DNA from: an uncultured Gammaproteobacteria bacterium
GTDB lineage: Bacteria; Patescibacteriota; Patescibacteriia; Magasanikbacterales; GWA2-37-8
Direction: 5' to 3'
Assembly: GCA_964465205.1 (NCBI GenBank)
Contig: CAYXJO010000007.1
Coordinates: 5,228-69,227 of the forward strand
DNA: 64,000 bases
Below the pieces are notes generated by a model that did not search any database, had not been told where the DNA came from, and saw only the letters and a list, made by a program, of their open reading frames with translations. The position numbers were made by a program, and so were the translations under genes. Shown here one piece after another: positions 45,079-53,450 of this stretch (position 1 is the stretch's first letter; each line of letters begins with the position of its first letter).

Positions 45079-45387
45079 ATGAAAATCAAAACTAACGACC
45101 GTGTCAAAATTTTAAGCGGCAAAGATAAAGGCAAAGAAGGCAAAGTGATTCAGGTTTTCCCCGAGCGCGGAAAGGTGGTAGTAGAGGGCGCCGGTATCAT
45201 GAAGAAACATTTGCGCACTCGTAAACAGGGTGAAAAAGGCCAAGTGATTGAGCTCGCGGCTCCGCTTGCTGTAGCCAAAGTGCAGCTTTTGTGTCCAAAA
45301 TGCAATCGCGCGTCTCGTACCGGATATAAATTGGAAGCCGGCAAGAAAAAACGTGTTTGCTGTAAGTGTAAGGAAGTAATTGATTAA
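45079..45387 (+). CDS. rplX: 50S ribosomal protein L24 (KOW) with C-terminal Cys4 motif
   Basis: MKIKTNDRVKILSGKDKGKEGKVIQV. C-terminus is CPKCN...CCKCK. Confidence 0.88.
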   Translation: MKIKTNDRVKILSGKDKGKEGKVIQVFPERGKVVVEGAGIMKKHLRTRKQGEKGQVIELAAPLAVAKVQLLCPKCNRASRTGYKLEAGKKKRVCCKCKEVID

Positions 45388-45444
45388 GCCAATTTGTTTT
45401 TCATATATAAAGATATAATTTCATTCGTTCGATAATCAACCAAT

Positions 45445-45987
45445 ATGAATCTGAATTTATTAAAAAAATACAAAGACACCGTAGTCCCAGCCATGATGAA
45501 AGAATTTGGGTACAAAAATGTGATGCAAGTACCAAAAGTCGCTGGAGTAGTGGTGAATGTGGGTTATGGTCGCAATATCAAAGAGGCTAATTTTGCCGAT
45601 AATGTCGCCAAGACCCTTACCAAAATCACTGGTCAAAAACCGGTCCACACCAAATCCACGAAGTCTATTTCCAACTTCAAGATTCGTGAAGGCCAAGAAA
45701 TTGGTGCTATGGTTTCCTTGCGTGGTCCACGTATGTATCAGTTTTTGGAGAAATTACTCAATATTACTTTTCCGCGTGTTAAAGACTTCCGCGGCATCTC
45801 TGATAAAAGTTTTGACCGTCAAGGCAACTATACCATTGGTTTCAAAGAAAATTTGGCTTTTCCGGAAGTAAAAGTAGAAGAATTGGAAAAAATGCATGGT
45901 TTGCAAGTGATTGTAAAAACTACTGCTCGCAACCAAGCCGAAGGTCGTGCTTTGCTTAAACATTTAGGATTTCCATTTCAAAAATAA
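45445..45987 (+). CDS. rplE: 50S ribosomal protein L5
   Basis: MNLNLLKKYKDTVVPAMMKEFGYKNVMQVPKV...RGPRMYQFLEKLLNITFPRVKDFRG. Confidence 0.93.
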   Translation: MNLNLLKKYKDTVVPAMMKEFGYKNVMQVPKVAGVVVNVGYGRNIKEANFADNVAKTLTKITGQKPVHTKSTKSISNFKIREGQEIGAMVSLRGPRMYQFLEKLLNITFPRVKDFRGISDKSFDRQGNYTIGFKENLAFPEVKVEELEKMHGLQVIVKTTARNQAEGRALLKHLGFPFQK

Positions 45988-45997
45988 TATTTAGATT

Positions 45998-46183
45998 ATG
46001 GCTACTCAATCGCAAATCGCAAAATCAAATCGCAAACCAAAATTTTCTACCCGCGTTGTCCGACGTTGTTGGAAATGTGGACGTGTACGTGGCTATATGG
46101 GCGAGTTTGGCTTGTGCCGCATCTGTTTTAGAGAACTAGCTAACAATGGCAAGATTCCGGGCGTGCGTAAATCTAGTTGGTAA
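45998..46183 (+). CDS. rpsN: 30S ribosomal protein S14 type Z (zinc-binding)
   Basis: [39 protein letters not shown]. 61 aa. Confidence 0.93.
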   Translation: MATQSQIAKSNRKPKFSTRVVRRCWKCGRVRGYMGEFGLCRICFRELANNGKIPGVRKSSW

Positions 46184-46234
46184 TAATTTAATTAATAAAT
46201 TCTTAATTACATATTCTTAAACTAAATTTCTATG

Positions 46235-46621
46235 ATGACTGATCCTATTGCTGACATGCTCACTAGAATTCGCAATGCCTCATTGGTACACAAAAAAGAG
46301 GTGTCGGTGCCTTTTTCTAAAATCAAGTTAGCTATCGCCAATATTTTGGTGCGCACTGGTTATTTGGAAAAAGTAGAAGAGAAAAAAGATGGTCATGCCT
46401 ATCTTTTGTTAACTTTGAAATATGAATCACGCGCCGGTGTAATTCACAGCATCAAACGTATTAGTACTCCGGGGCATCGTAAATATGTCAAAGCGGACGC
46501 TATCAGTAAAGTGTTGAACGGCTTTGGCGTGGCGATTTTGTCTACTCCGAAAGGCATTATGAGTGATGCCGAAGCTATCCAAAATAAGGTAGGCGGAGAA
46601 TTGATTTGCGAAGTCTACTAA
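46235..46621 (+). CDS. rpsH: 30S ribosomal protein S8
   Basis: MTDPIADMLTRIRNA. Confidence 0.93.
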   Translation: MTDPIADMLTRIRNASLVHKKEVSVPFSKIKLAIANILVRTGYLEKVEEKKDGHAYLLLTLKYESRAGVIHSIKRISTPGHRKYVKADAISKVLNGFGVAILSTPKGIMSDAEAIQNKVGGELICEVY

Positions 46622-46648
46622 ATTTTAATCAATAAATTTGTTAAATAT

Positions 46649-47197
46649 ATGTCGCGTATTGGTAAAAAAGTCAGACCGATCCCTGCCGGCGTCACTGCGG
46701 ATGTCAAAAATGATGTGTTGGTGATCAAAGGCCCAAAAGGTGAGTTGCGTCAAACATTACACCCGCATGTAACCGTGGTTATCGAAGGTGGTAATATCAG
46801 TGTGCGTGTAAAAGACGAAGAAAATAAAAAAGATCGCGCGCTTTGGGGCACTACTTCCAGTATTATTGAAAATATGATTGATGGTGTTACCAAAGGTTTC
46901 AAAAGAGATTTGGAGATTAATGGTGTGGGTTATAAGGTTGCTATGAAAGGCGCCAATTTGTCATTGGATGTTGGTTTTAATAATCCTGTAGAGTTGAAAC
47001 CATTAAGCGGTGTGAAATTTTCTGTCGATAAAAATATTATTACTATTGAAGGCATTGATAAGCAGTTAGTGGGGGAGATGGCCGCTCAATTACGTCGTGT
47101 CCGCAAACCAGAACCATACAAGGGCAAAGGTATTAAATACGCGGAAGAAACTATCCGTCGCAAGGCCGGCAAGACTGCTTCGAAAGCCGCCTCTTAA
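46649..47197 (+). CDS. rplF: 50S ribosomal protein L6
   Basis: MSRIGKKVRPIPAGVTADVKNDVLVIKGPKGEL. Confidence 0.93.
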   Translation: MSRIGKKVRPIPAGVTADVKNDVLVIKGPKGELRQTLHPHVTVVIEGGNISVRVKDEENKKDRALWGTTSSIIENMIDGVTKGFKRDLEINGVGYKVAMKGANLSLDVGFNNPVELKPLSGVKFSVDKNIITIEGIDKQLVGEMAAQLRRVRKPEPYKGKGIKYAEETIRRKAGKTASKAAS

Positions 47198-47275
47198 AAA
47201 TGATATATAATATATAATCTCATTCGTTCGGAAATGAATAAACACATTTGTTCATTTCCCTCACTCATATCGATT

Positions 47276-47650
47276 ATGAAAAGACTTACTAACAAGACCA
47301 AGAATTCTCTGCGCCAAGTGCGTCACGCGCGCGTGCGCGCCAAATTGGTGGGCACGGCGGCGGCCCCGCGCTTGTCGGTGTTTCGCAGTTTGCGCGGTAT
47401 GACCCTCCAGTTGATTGACGATGTGGCTGGCAAAACTTTGTGCCATGCCAACTCTTCCGAAATTAAGGATGGTAAAACCGACAACAAATCCGGCAAAGTA
47501 GCCAAGAGCTTTTTGCTCGGTAAATTACTGGCCGAAAAAGCCAAGGCTAAGAAAATTGAAACAGTAGTATTTGATCGTGGTGGTTACAAATATCATGGTC
47601 GTGTTCAGGCCGTGGCCGACGGAGCGCGCGAAGGTGGTTTGAAATTTTAA
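47276..47650 (+). CDS. rplR: 50S ribosomal protein L18
   Basis: [34 protein letters not shown]. Start trimmed to MKRL. Confidence 0.9.
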   Translation: MKRLTNKTKNSLRQVRHARVRAKLVGTAAAPRLSVFRSLRGMTLQLIDDVAGKTLCHANSSEIKDGKTDNKSGKVAKSFLLGKLLAEKAKAKKIETVVFDRGGYKYHGRVQAVADGAREGGLKF

Positions 47651-47672
47651 TTGTTTTTGAATAATATTAAAT

Positions 47673-48302
47673 ATGATGAACAAACCAAATAATAATCGCG
47701 GACGCGGCGGCAATCGTCGTGAACAGGAGAAATCTGAATTTGATCAATATATTTTGGACTTGGCGCGTGTAACTCGCGTGACCGAAGGCGGAAAACATTT
47801 GAGCTTCCGAGCTTGTGTGGTAATTGGTGATCGTGCCGGGCGCGTGGGCTTCGGTGTTTCCAAAGGAAAAGATGTCCAGTTGGGTGTAGAGAAAGCTGTG
47901 CGTCAAGCGAGAAAGAATATTATTCGCGTACCGATTTTGAAAGAAACCATTCCGCATCCTGTGTATAAAAAATTCAAAGCGGCGGCAGTCATGCTCAAAC
48001 CGGCTCCGCGCGGTTCCGGTATTATCGCTGGCGGTGCTGTGCGTGCAGTGTTGGAGTTGGCGGGTGTACCGAATGTATCTACAAAAATTTTGGGCAAAAC
48101 TAAAAATAAAATTACCGTAGTCAAAGCTACTTTTGAAGCACTGCAGATGTTCAAAGTCAAAGCCAAAGAGAAAGTAGCAGTAGTGCCGGATGCGATTAAA
48201 GTCGCAGTACCGGAACTCGCAACTGACAAAGATCGTGTTGCTCCGGTTGCCGCAAAAAAAATAATTGCCGCAAAAAAAGATGTTAAAAAGGAAATCAAGT
48301 AA
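47673..48302 (+). CDS. rpsE: 30S ribosomal protein S5 with N- and C-terminal extensions
   Basis: VTRVTEGGKHLSFRACVVIGDRAGRVGFG. rplO follows directly, so there is no rpmD (L30). Confidence 0.93.
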   Translation: MMNKPNNNRGRGGNRREQEKSEFDQYILDLARVTRVTEGGKHLSFRACVVIGDRAGRVGFGVSKGKDVQLGVEKAVRQARKNIIRVPILKETIPHPVYKKFKAAAVMLKPAPRGSGIIAGGAVRAVLELAGVPNVSTKILGKTKNKITVVKATFEALQMFKVKAKEKVAVVPDAIKVAVPELATDKDRVAPVAAKKIIAAKKDVKKEIK

Positions 48303-48313
48303 TCATATCGTTT

Positions 48314-48754
48314 ATGACTTTAAGCATACATACAATTAAAGCGTCAGTCGGCTCTCGTCGTGCTACCAAAAAGCGAGGTCGCGGTAACGCTTCGGGCCAT
48401 GGCAATTACAGTGGTCGTGGTGGCAAAGGCCAGACCGCACGCAGTGGCGGACAACGCGGTTTGCGTCTCAAAGCTTTCAAAAATTTGTATCAAGCTACTC
48501 CGAAGTTGCGCGGTTTCAAATCTCTGCAGGCCAAAGCGGCGGAAGTGCGTTTGTCGGACTTGGAAAAATATTTTAAATCCGGTGAACAAGTGAACTTGGC
48601 CACTTTGCAAGAAAAGAGAATTGTTGGCACGAATGTTAAGACTGCGAAAATTTTGAATACCGGCGAGATCACCATAAAATTGACCGTAGTAGGTATCAAA
48701 TGTACCAAGGTTGCCAAAGAAAAAATAGAAAAAGCAGGAGGAGAAGTGAAATAG
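48314..48754 (+). CDS. rplO: 50S ribosomal protein L15
   Basis: GRGNASGHGNYSGRGGKGQTARSGG. Confidence 0.92.
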   Translation: MTLSIHTIKASVGSRRATKKRGRGNASGHGNYSGRGGKGQTARSGGQRGLRLKAFKNLYQATPKLRGFKSLQAKAAEVRLSDLEKYFKSGEQVNLATLQEKRIVGTNVKTAKILNTGEITIKLTVVGIKCTKVAKEKIEKAGGEVK

Positions 48755-48783
48755 TAATCAAACCAAGTCAAAAGTAATTACTT

Positions 48784-50085
48784 TTGACTTTTGGCTTTAA
48801 ATTTAAACCTATGTGGGACAAAATCCTTCAAGTGTGGAAAATCAAGGATGTACGTAATAAAATTTTATATGTTATCGCCATGCTGATTGTATTCCGCTTG
48901 GTGGCACATATTCCGATGCCGGGTGTGAATTTGGATAGTTTGCGTAATTTCTTATCCGGTAACCAAGTGCTGGGCATGTTGAATTTGTTCTCGGGTGGCA
49001 CTATCAAAAATTTCTCCATGGTAATGTTGGGTGTAGCGCCGTATATTACCGCTTCAATTATTATCCAGTTGCTCACCATGATTGTGCCAAGCATGGAAGA
49101 GTTGTCCAAAGAAGGGGAGCAGGGCCAACACAAAATCAGTATGTACACCAGATTGTTGGCCGTGCCGCTTGCTTTTTTGCAATCATATGGCATGATCAAA
49201 ATTCTCAGCCAATCAGGTCGTAATATTTTAGGTACGCTGACTCCGATGAATATGTTCATCATGATGTGTACTATCACTGCCGGCACAATGTTTTTGGTGT
49301 GGATTGGTGAGTTGATTTCCGAACAAAAAGTGGGCAACGGCATTTCTTTGCTTATCTTTGCCGGTATCGTCGCTGGTTTGCCATCAACCGTTCGTACGGC
49401 TCTGGTGAACTATACGTCTGCTGACTTTTATACTTTCGTTTTGTTTGTCATTATCGGTATTTTGACGGTTGTAGGCGTGGTATTTATCAATGAAGGCCAA
49501 CGCAATATTCCGGTAAATTATGCCAAGCAAGTACGTGGCAATCGCGTGTACGGTGGTAGTAATACCCATTTGCCGCTACGTGTGAATATGGCTGGTGTGA
49601 TCCCGATTATCTTTGCCATTTCTTTGATTTTATTTCCGCCGATGATTGCACAATTTTTTGTGCATGCCCAATCTGCGTTTATTGCCAAAGCGGCTGTGTG
49701 GATAATTCAAGTATTTCAAGGACAATTATTTTACGCTATTGCTTACTTCTTGCTAGTATTTGGGTTTACTTACTTTTATACTGCGGTAATTTTTCATCCT
49801 CAGAAGATTGCCGAGAATTTACAACGTCAAGGCGGCTTTATTCCAGGTATTCGTCCTGGTAAAGAGACCGAGTCGTATTTGAAAAGAACGATGAATCGCG
49901 TGAATTTGATCGGTGCTTGTTTCTTGGGTGCCATTGCCGTGTTGCCTTTGGTCGTGCAAGGTGCGATGGGTACGCAGAGTCTGGCAATTGGCGGTACGTC
50001 ACTTCTGATCGTGGTAGCCGTGTGTATTGAAACAGCCAAACAAATTGATGCGCAGGTGACGATGCATGAGTACGATAAGGTGTAA
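48784..50085 (+). CDS. secY: Preprotein translocase subunit SecY
   Basis: 10-TM protein of 433 aa in the canonical position. The listed start is TTG; ATG MWDKIL at 48811 is the alternative. Confidence 0.93.
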   Translation: MTFGFKFKPMWDKILQVWKIKDVRNKILYVIAMLIVFRLVAHIPMPGVNLDSLRNFLSGNQVLGMLNLFSGGTIKNFSMVMLGVAPYITASIIIQLLTMIVPSMEELSKEGEQGQHKISMYTRLLAVPLAFLQSYGMIKILSQSGRNILGTLTPMNMFIMMCTITAGTMFLVWIGELISEQKVGNGISLLIFAGIVAGLPSTVRTALVNYTSADFYTFVLFVIIGILTVVGVVFINEGQRNIPVNYAKQVRGNRVYGGSNTHLPLRVNMAGVIPIIFAISLILFPPMIAQFFVHAQSAFIAKAAVWIIQVFQGQLFYAIAYFLLVFGFTYFYTAVIFHPQKIAENLQRQGGFIPGIRPGKETESYLKRTMNRVNLIGACFLGAIAVLPLVVQGAMGTQSLAIGGTSLLIVVAVCIETAKQIDAQVTMHEYDKV

Positions 50086-50095
50086 AAATAAAACA

Positions 50096-50165
50096 AAACT
50101 AACTAACAAAACCGCTTACAACAAGCGGTTTTGTTAGTTAAAAAAGCCGCCCGGGTAGGGCGGCG
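50096..50165. terminator. Two convergent intrinsic terminators: aaaaccgctt-acaac-aagcggtttt (+, for secY) and gccgccc-gggta-gggcggc with T6 on the minus strand (for ORF 50192..50533)
   Basis: 10-bp and 7-bp perfect stems, each followed by T-runs on its own strand. Confidence 0.6.
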
Positions 50166-50191
50166 TGATGCACTGTGGCTTCTTTTTCTTT

Positions 50192-50533
50192 TTACCCCGG
50201 AACGAGTCCGGCTGCCTCGCGCATCTTTTGGATTGCGTCGTTCCACAACTGGTGGGTGACGCTGTAGTCTATGCCCGCACTTTTATCAGTTATCCGGAAC
50301 AGTGCGCATGGCATGAGGTCGTAAAATGCACAAGTTATTTCGATTTCATCCATTACCTTTTTTGGAACAATAGTCTGTCCCATTGAAGAGGATACGAACA
50401 TTGCATCTTTGCGTTCGCCATCCTGATCAAGCACGCAGATGGCCGTGATGGTGAAATCGGGCCAGCGATAGATTACCGGCCGGTCGATTTTGCTATAAAT
50501 ATCTACACTTCCGAAATTTTGTGTTTGCAACAT
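50192..50533 (-). CDS. Hypothetical protein (113 aa) inserted in reverse orientation between secY and adk; no recognised family
   Basis: Perfect consensus promoter (TTGACA-17-TATAAT) about 95 nt upstream on the minus strand, strong SD (AAGGGGAAG), and its own terminator. Appears more GC-rich than its flanks. Confidence 0.5.
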   Translation of the reverse strand: MLQTQNFGSVDIYSKIDRPVIYRWPDFTITAICVLDQDGERKDAMFVSSSMGQTIVPKKVMDEIEITCAFYDLMPCALFRITDKSAGIDYSVTHQLWNDAIQKMREAAGLVPG

Positions 50534-50625
50534 GATCTTCCCCTTCTTTTTTTCTTGTAATTTGTTATTATCGTTTGCTTTAAAAAGAGCGTAAAAGTAC
50601 TATAAAACTTTTTTTTCAACTAATC

Positions 50626-50676
50626 ATTATACCATAATATCACACTATTGTCAAGGCAATGGGTTTGTGATATACT
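50626..50676. promoter_or_regulatory. Face-to-face divergent promoters with overlapping -35 hexamers (ttgtcaa read on both strands): minus-strand TTGACA-17-TATAAT for ORF 50192..50533, plus-strand TTGTCA-17-TATACT for adk
   Basis: Minus promoter is -35 at 50649-50654 and -10 at 50626-50631. Plus promoter is -35 at 50648-50653 and -10 at 50671-50676. Confidence 0.55.
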
Positions 50677-50718
50677 ATTTTTGTGTAATATTAGCCAAAA
50701 AAATAATTTTTTAACTTC

Positions 50719-51387
50719 ATGAAACCAATTATCGTACTATTGGGAGCTCCCGGTTCCGGTAAAGGTACACAAGCCAAAAGAATGGCAAAAAAATATAATT
50801 ATCGCCAAATTTCTACCGGTGATCTTTTTCGGGCTTTGCTTGCAGAAAATAAAGTGGCCGAAAAAGATCGTAAGATTATCGCTGGTATCAAAGATGGCAA
50901 AATGGTGCCCGATGAATTTGTATACAAGTTGGTTTTTGCGGCCATAGAAGAAGCAATGTCACTCGGCCACAAAGTCGTGCTAGATGGGGTAATACGCAAT
51001 GTGAATCAAGCCAAAGAGTTTTGGAAATATTTCAAGCAACACAAATTAACCGACGATGTGGTGTTTGTGGAGATTGCTATTACCGACCGCGAATCATTCG
51101 TACGTCTGATGCACCGTCGCGTATGTGTCAAATGTGGCAATATCATACCGTGGACCCCAGAAACCACTGATTGGAACCATTGCCCCAAATGTGGCGGTGA
51201 TCTCCAAAATCGTGCGGACGACACAGTGGAGGCAGTGCGTGCTCGTCTCAAGGCGCAAGGTAATTCGATAATTCAGCCAATTATTAAATATTTACAAAAA
51301 GTCGCGCCGGTGAAAAGTATAAATGGCATGGAAGAGATTTCTTTGATCGCGCGTGAATTGGAGCAGGTGGTTAAAAGAACAATATAG
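50719..51387 (+). CDS. adk: Adenylate kinase (long form with Zn-binding lid CxxC...CxxC)
   Basis: IVLLGAPGSGKGTQAK. Lid CVKCGNI...CPKCGG. Confidence 0.93.
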   Translation: MKPIIVLLGAPGSGKGTQAKRMAKKYNYRQISTGDLFRALLAENKVAEKDRKIIAGIKDGKMVPDEFVYKLVFAAIEEAMSLGHKVVLDGVIRNVNQAKEFWKYFKQHKLTDDVVFVEIAITDRESFVRLMHRRVCVKCGNIIPWTPETTDWNHCPKCGGDLQNRADDTVEAVRARLKAQGNSIIQPIIKYLQKVAPVKSINGMEEISLIARELEQVVKRTI

Positions 51388-51388
51388 T

Positions 51389-52201
51389 ATGCTTATTAAG
51401 ACTAGACAAGATATCGCTCAAATAGCCAAAAGCGGAAGAATACTCGGCGATATTTTGAGCAAGGTGGCGAAAATGGCTGCGCCCGGAGTTTCTACTTTTG
51501 AAATTGATAAAATGGCGGAAAAATTGATTACCAAAGCGGGTGGCCGACCATCGTTTAAAGGGTACATGTCACATCATTATGATCCACCATTTCCTTGTAC
51601 TATTTGCGCGTCGCGCAATCATGAGCTGGTACATGGGATTGCAAGCAAAGATATAATTTTACAAGATGGCGATAATTTTAGTATTGATATTGGCATGGAG
51701 TGGCCATACAAAAAAGGCGTGCGTGGGTTTTTTACCGATACCGCCATTACCGTGGCTGTAGGTAGTGTCGATCCAGAAAACCGCGAACTGATGCGAGTAA
51801 CCAGACAATCGTTGGAAGCGGGTATAAAAGCGGTAAAGCCTGGTAGGCCTTTGTCTGATATCGGCAAAGCAGTGGAGGATTATGTGAAATCACAAGGTAA
51901 ATACAGCATTATTCGTGATTTGGTCGGCCACGGCGTTGGCCACGAAGTACACGAGCAGCCGGCTATTCCAAATTACTACGATAAAAATTTGGATAAATTT
52001 ATTATGCGTCCCGGCATGGTGTTGGCTATTGAACCCATGGTGTCGTTGGGTGATTGGCGCGTGCGAGTCTCAGACGATGGTTGGACTATAGAAATGGCTG
52101 ATGGCAGTCTGTGTGCGCATTATGAGCATACGGTGGTGGTGACATCGCGTGGCCACGAGGTTGTGACCCGTCGACCCGGAGAAAAAAATGAAAAGCCATA
52201 A
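51389..52201 (+). CDS. map: Methionine aminopeptidase type I
   Basis: MLIKTRQDIAQIAKSGRILGD...HGVGHEVHEQP...AIEPM. Confidence 0.9.
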   Translation: MLIKTRQDIAQIAKSGRILGDILSKVAKMAAPGVSTFEIDKMAEKLITKAGGRPSFKGYMSHHYDPPFPCTICASRNHELVHGIASKDIILQDGDNFSIDIGMEWPYKKGVRGFFTDTAITVAVGSVDPENRELMRVTRQSLEAGIKAVKPGRPLSDIGKAVEDYVKSQGKYSIIRDLVGHGVGHEVHEQPAIPNYYDKNLDKFIMRPGMVLAIEPMVSLGDWRVRVSDDGWTIEMADGSLCAHYEHTVVVTSRGHEVVTRRPGEKNEKP

Positions 52202-52210
52202 TTGTGTTTT

Positions 52211-52597
52211 ATGAATATTCTAGCGCTAGATTTTGGCACAAAAAATATTGGTTTGGCTTGGTGTGAGACTGGGATAGGTGCGGTTTTGCCGTATGGAAAA
52301 TTAGACGCTCAGAAGTGGAGAACAGAACTGGTAAAATTGATAAAAGAAGAACGAATTGAACGATTGATAGTTGGTATGCCAATGGGTGTGGGCGGCAGCG
52401 GAGAAAAGAATGTTACGCGTGTACAGAATTTCGTCACAGAATTAAAAAGCATGATAGATGTGCCGGTAGAATTTTTTGATGAACGGTTCTCGAGCCAGCA
52501 AGCCGATCGCACTCCGGGCGGTGTGTCGCGCGACGAGAAATCTGCTATGATAATTTTGGAGGGATATCTTATTTTCCAAAAACGCAAAGGTAATTAA
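52211..52597 (+). CDS. ruvX: Holliday junction resolvase-like protein YqgF/RuvX
   Basis: MNILALDFGTKNIGLAWCE...RLIVGMPM. Confidence 0.85.
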   Translation: MNILALDFGTKNIGLAWCETGIGAVLPYGKLDAQKWRTELVKLIKEERIERLIVGMPMGVGGSGEKNVTRVQNFVTELKSMIDVPVEFFDERFSSQQADRTPGGVSRDEKSAMIILEGYLIFQKRKGN

Positions 52598-52671
52598 CTT
52601 TTTACTTTCCTCGCCCGCGAGGGCTCAGGGTGGGCCTGTGGGCCCAAACCCGTAAAAAATTAATTACCTTT
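52586..52671 (+). repeat. Structured repeat element copy 5 (shortened 5' part): outer stem aaggtaattaactttttac/gtaaaaaattaattacctt enclosing CTCGCCCGCGAGGGCTCAGGGTGGGCCTGTGGGCCCAAACCCGTAAAAAA
   Basis: The 5' outer arm overlaps the last codons of ruvX. Both hairpins are conserved (GCGA loop; TGGGCC-TGTG-GGCCCA). Confidence 0.75.
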
Positions 52672-52682
52672 GCGCTAAAATT

Positions 52683-53312
52683 ATGCAATCAATTATCCTA
52701 TCCCGGCGCGATATTCGTGAATACGATCAAATGATAACGCTCTATACCCGCGAACTTGGGAAAATAGACGTGTTGGCGCGTGGAGTAAAGAAAGTATTAA
52801 GTAAAAATTCGGCTTTTTTGGAGCCGTTTTGTTTTGTGGAAGCGGAAGTAATTCCAGGCAAAGATTTTGCGCATTTGGGAAGTGTGGTACCAATAGATAT
52901 TTTTAAACATATTCGGAACGACCTATTCGCCAGTTTGTCTGCAAGTTATGTGATGAATGTGTTAAATAGTCACATCCCAACAGGTGATCCGGATAAGCGT
53001 ATTTTTGATATGTTATGTAGTTGGCTGACATGGCTCAATGATGGTATGACTAACAAAAAATTCATTCATATTCACGGCGTAGCATCAGCTGTAACGGTTT
53101 TTATGGTAAAATTTTTAGCTCTGCTCGGCTTTAATCCCGCATCAGCCGACACTATCCACCGCCAATCTTTGCATATTTTATTGCGCAGTAGTTGGCACTC
53201 AGTTGACATAATTGATATAGATAATGACGAATTAACACGATTACAAAGAGTGTTGTATCAATTTGCGACTACGCATTTTGAGCGTAAAATTAGTGATTGG
53301 AGTATTTTTTAG
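52683..53312 (+). CDS. recO: DNA repair protein RecO
   Basis: N-terminal OB-fold pattern MQSIILSRRDIREYDQMITLYTRELGKIDVLARGVKK...LEPFCFVEAEV. 209 aa. Confidence 0.7.
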   Translation: MQSIILSRRDIREYDQMITLYTRELGKIDVLARGVKKVLSKNSAFLEPFCFVEAEVIPGKDFAHLGSVVPIDIFKHIRNDLFASLSASYVMNVLNSHIPTGDPDKRIFDMLCSWLTWLNDGMTNKKFIHIHGVASAVTVFMVKFLALLGFNPASADTIHRQSLHILLRSSWHSVDIIDIDNDELTRLQRVLYQFATTHFERKISDWSIF

Positions 53313-53450
53313 ACTAAAGCAACAGAAGTTTGGGGGCAATAATACTGTTTAATTTATGTTTACTAGTTGAGATTGCGGGATGGTATTGCTTGCCAATTTG
53401 TTTAAAATTTGTTAAATTATCTAAGATTTTAAGCTGTAAACTATACAATT

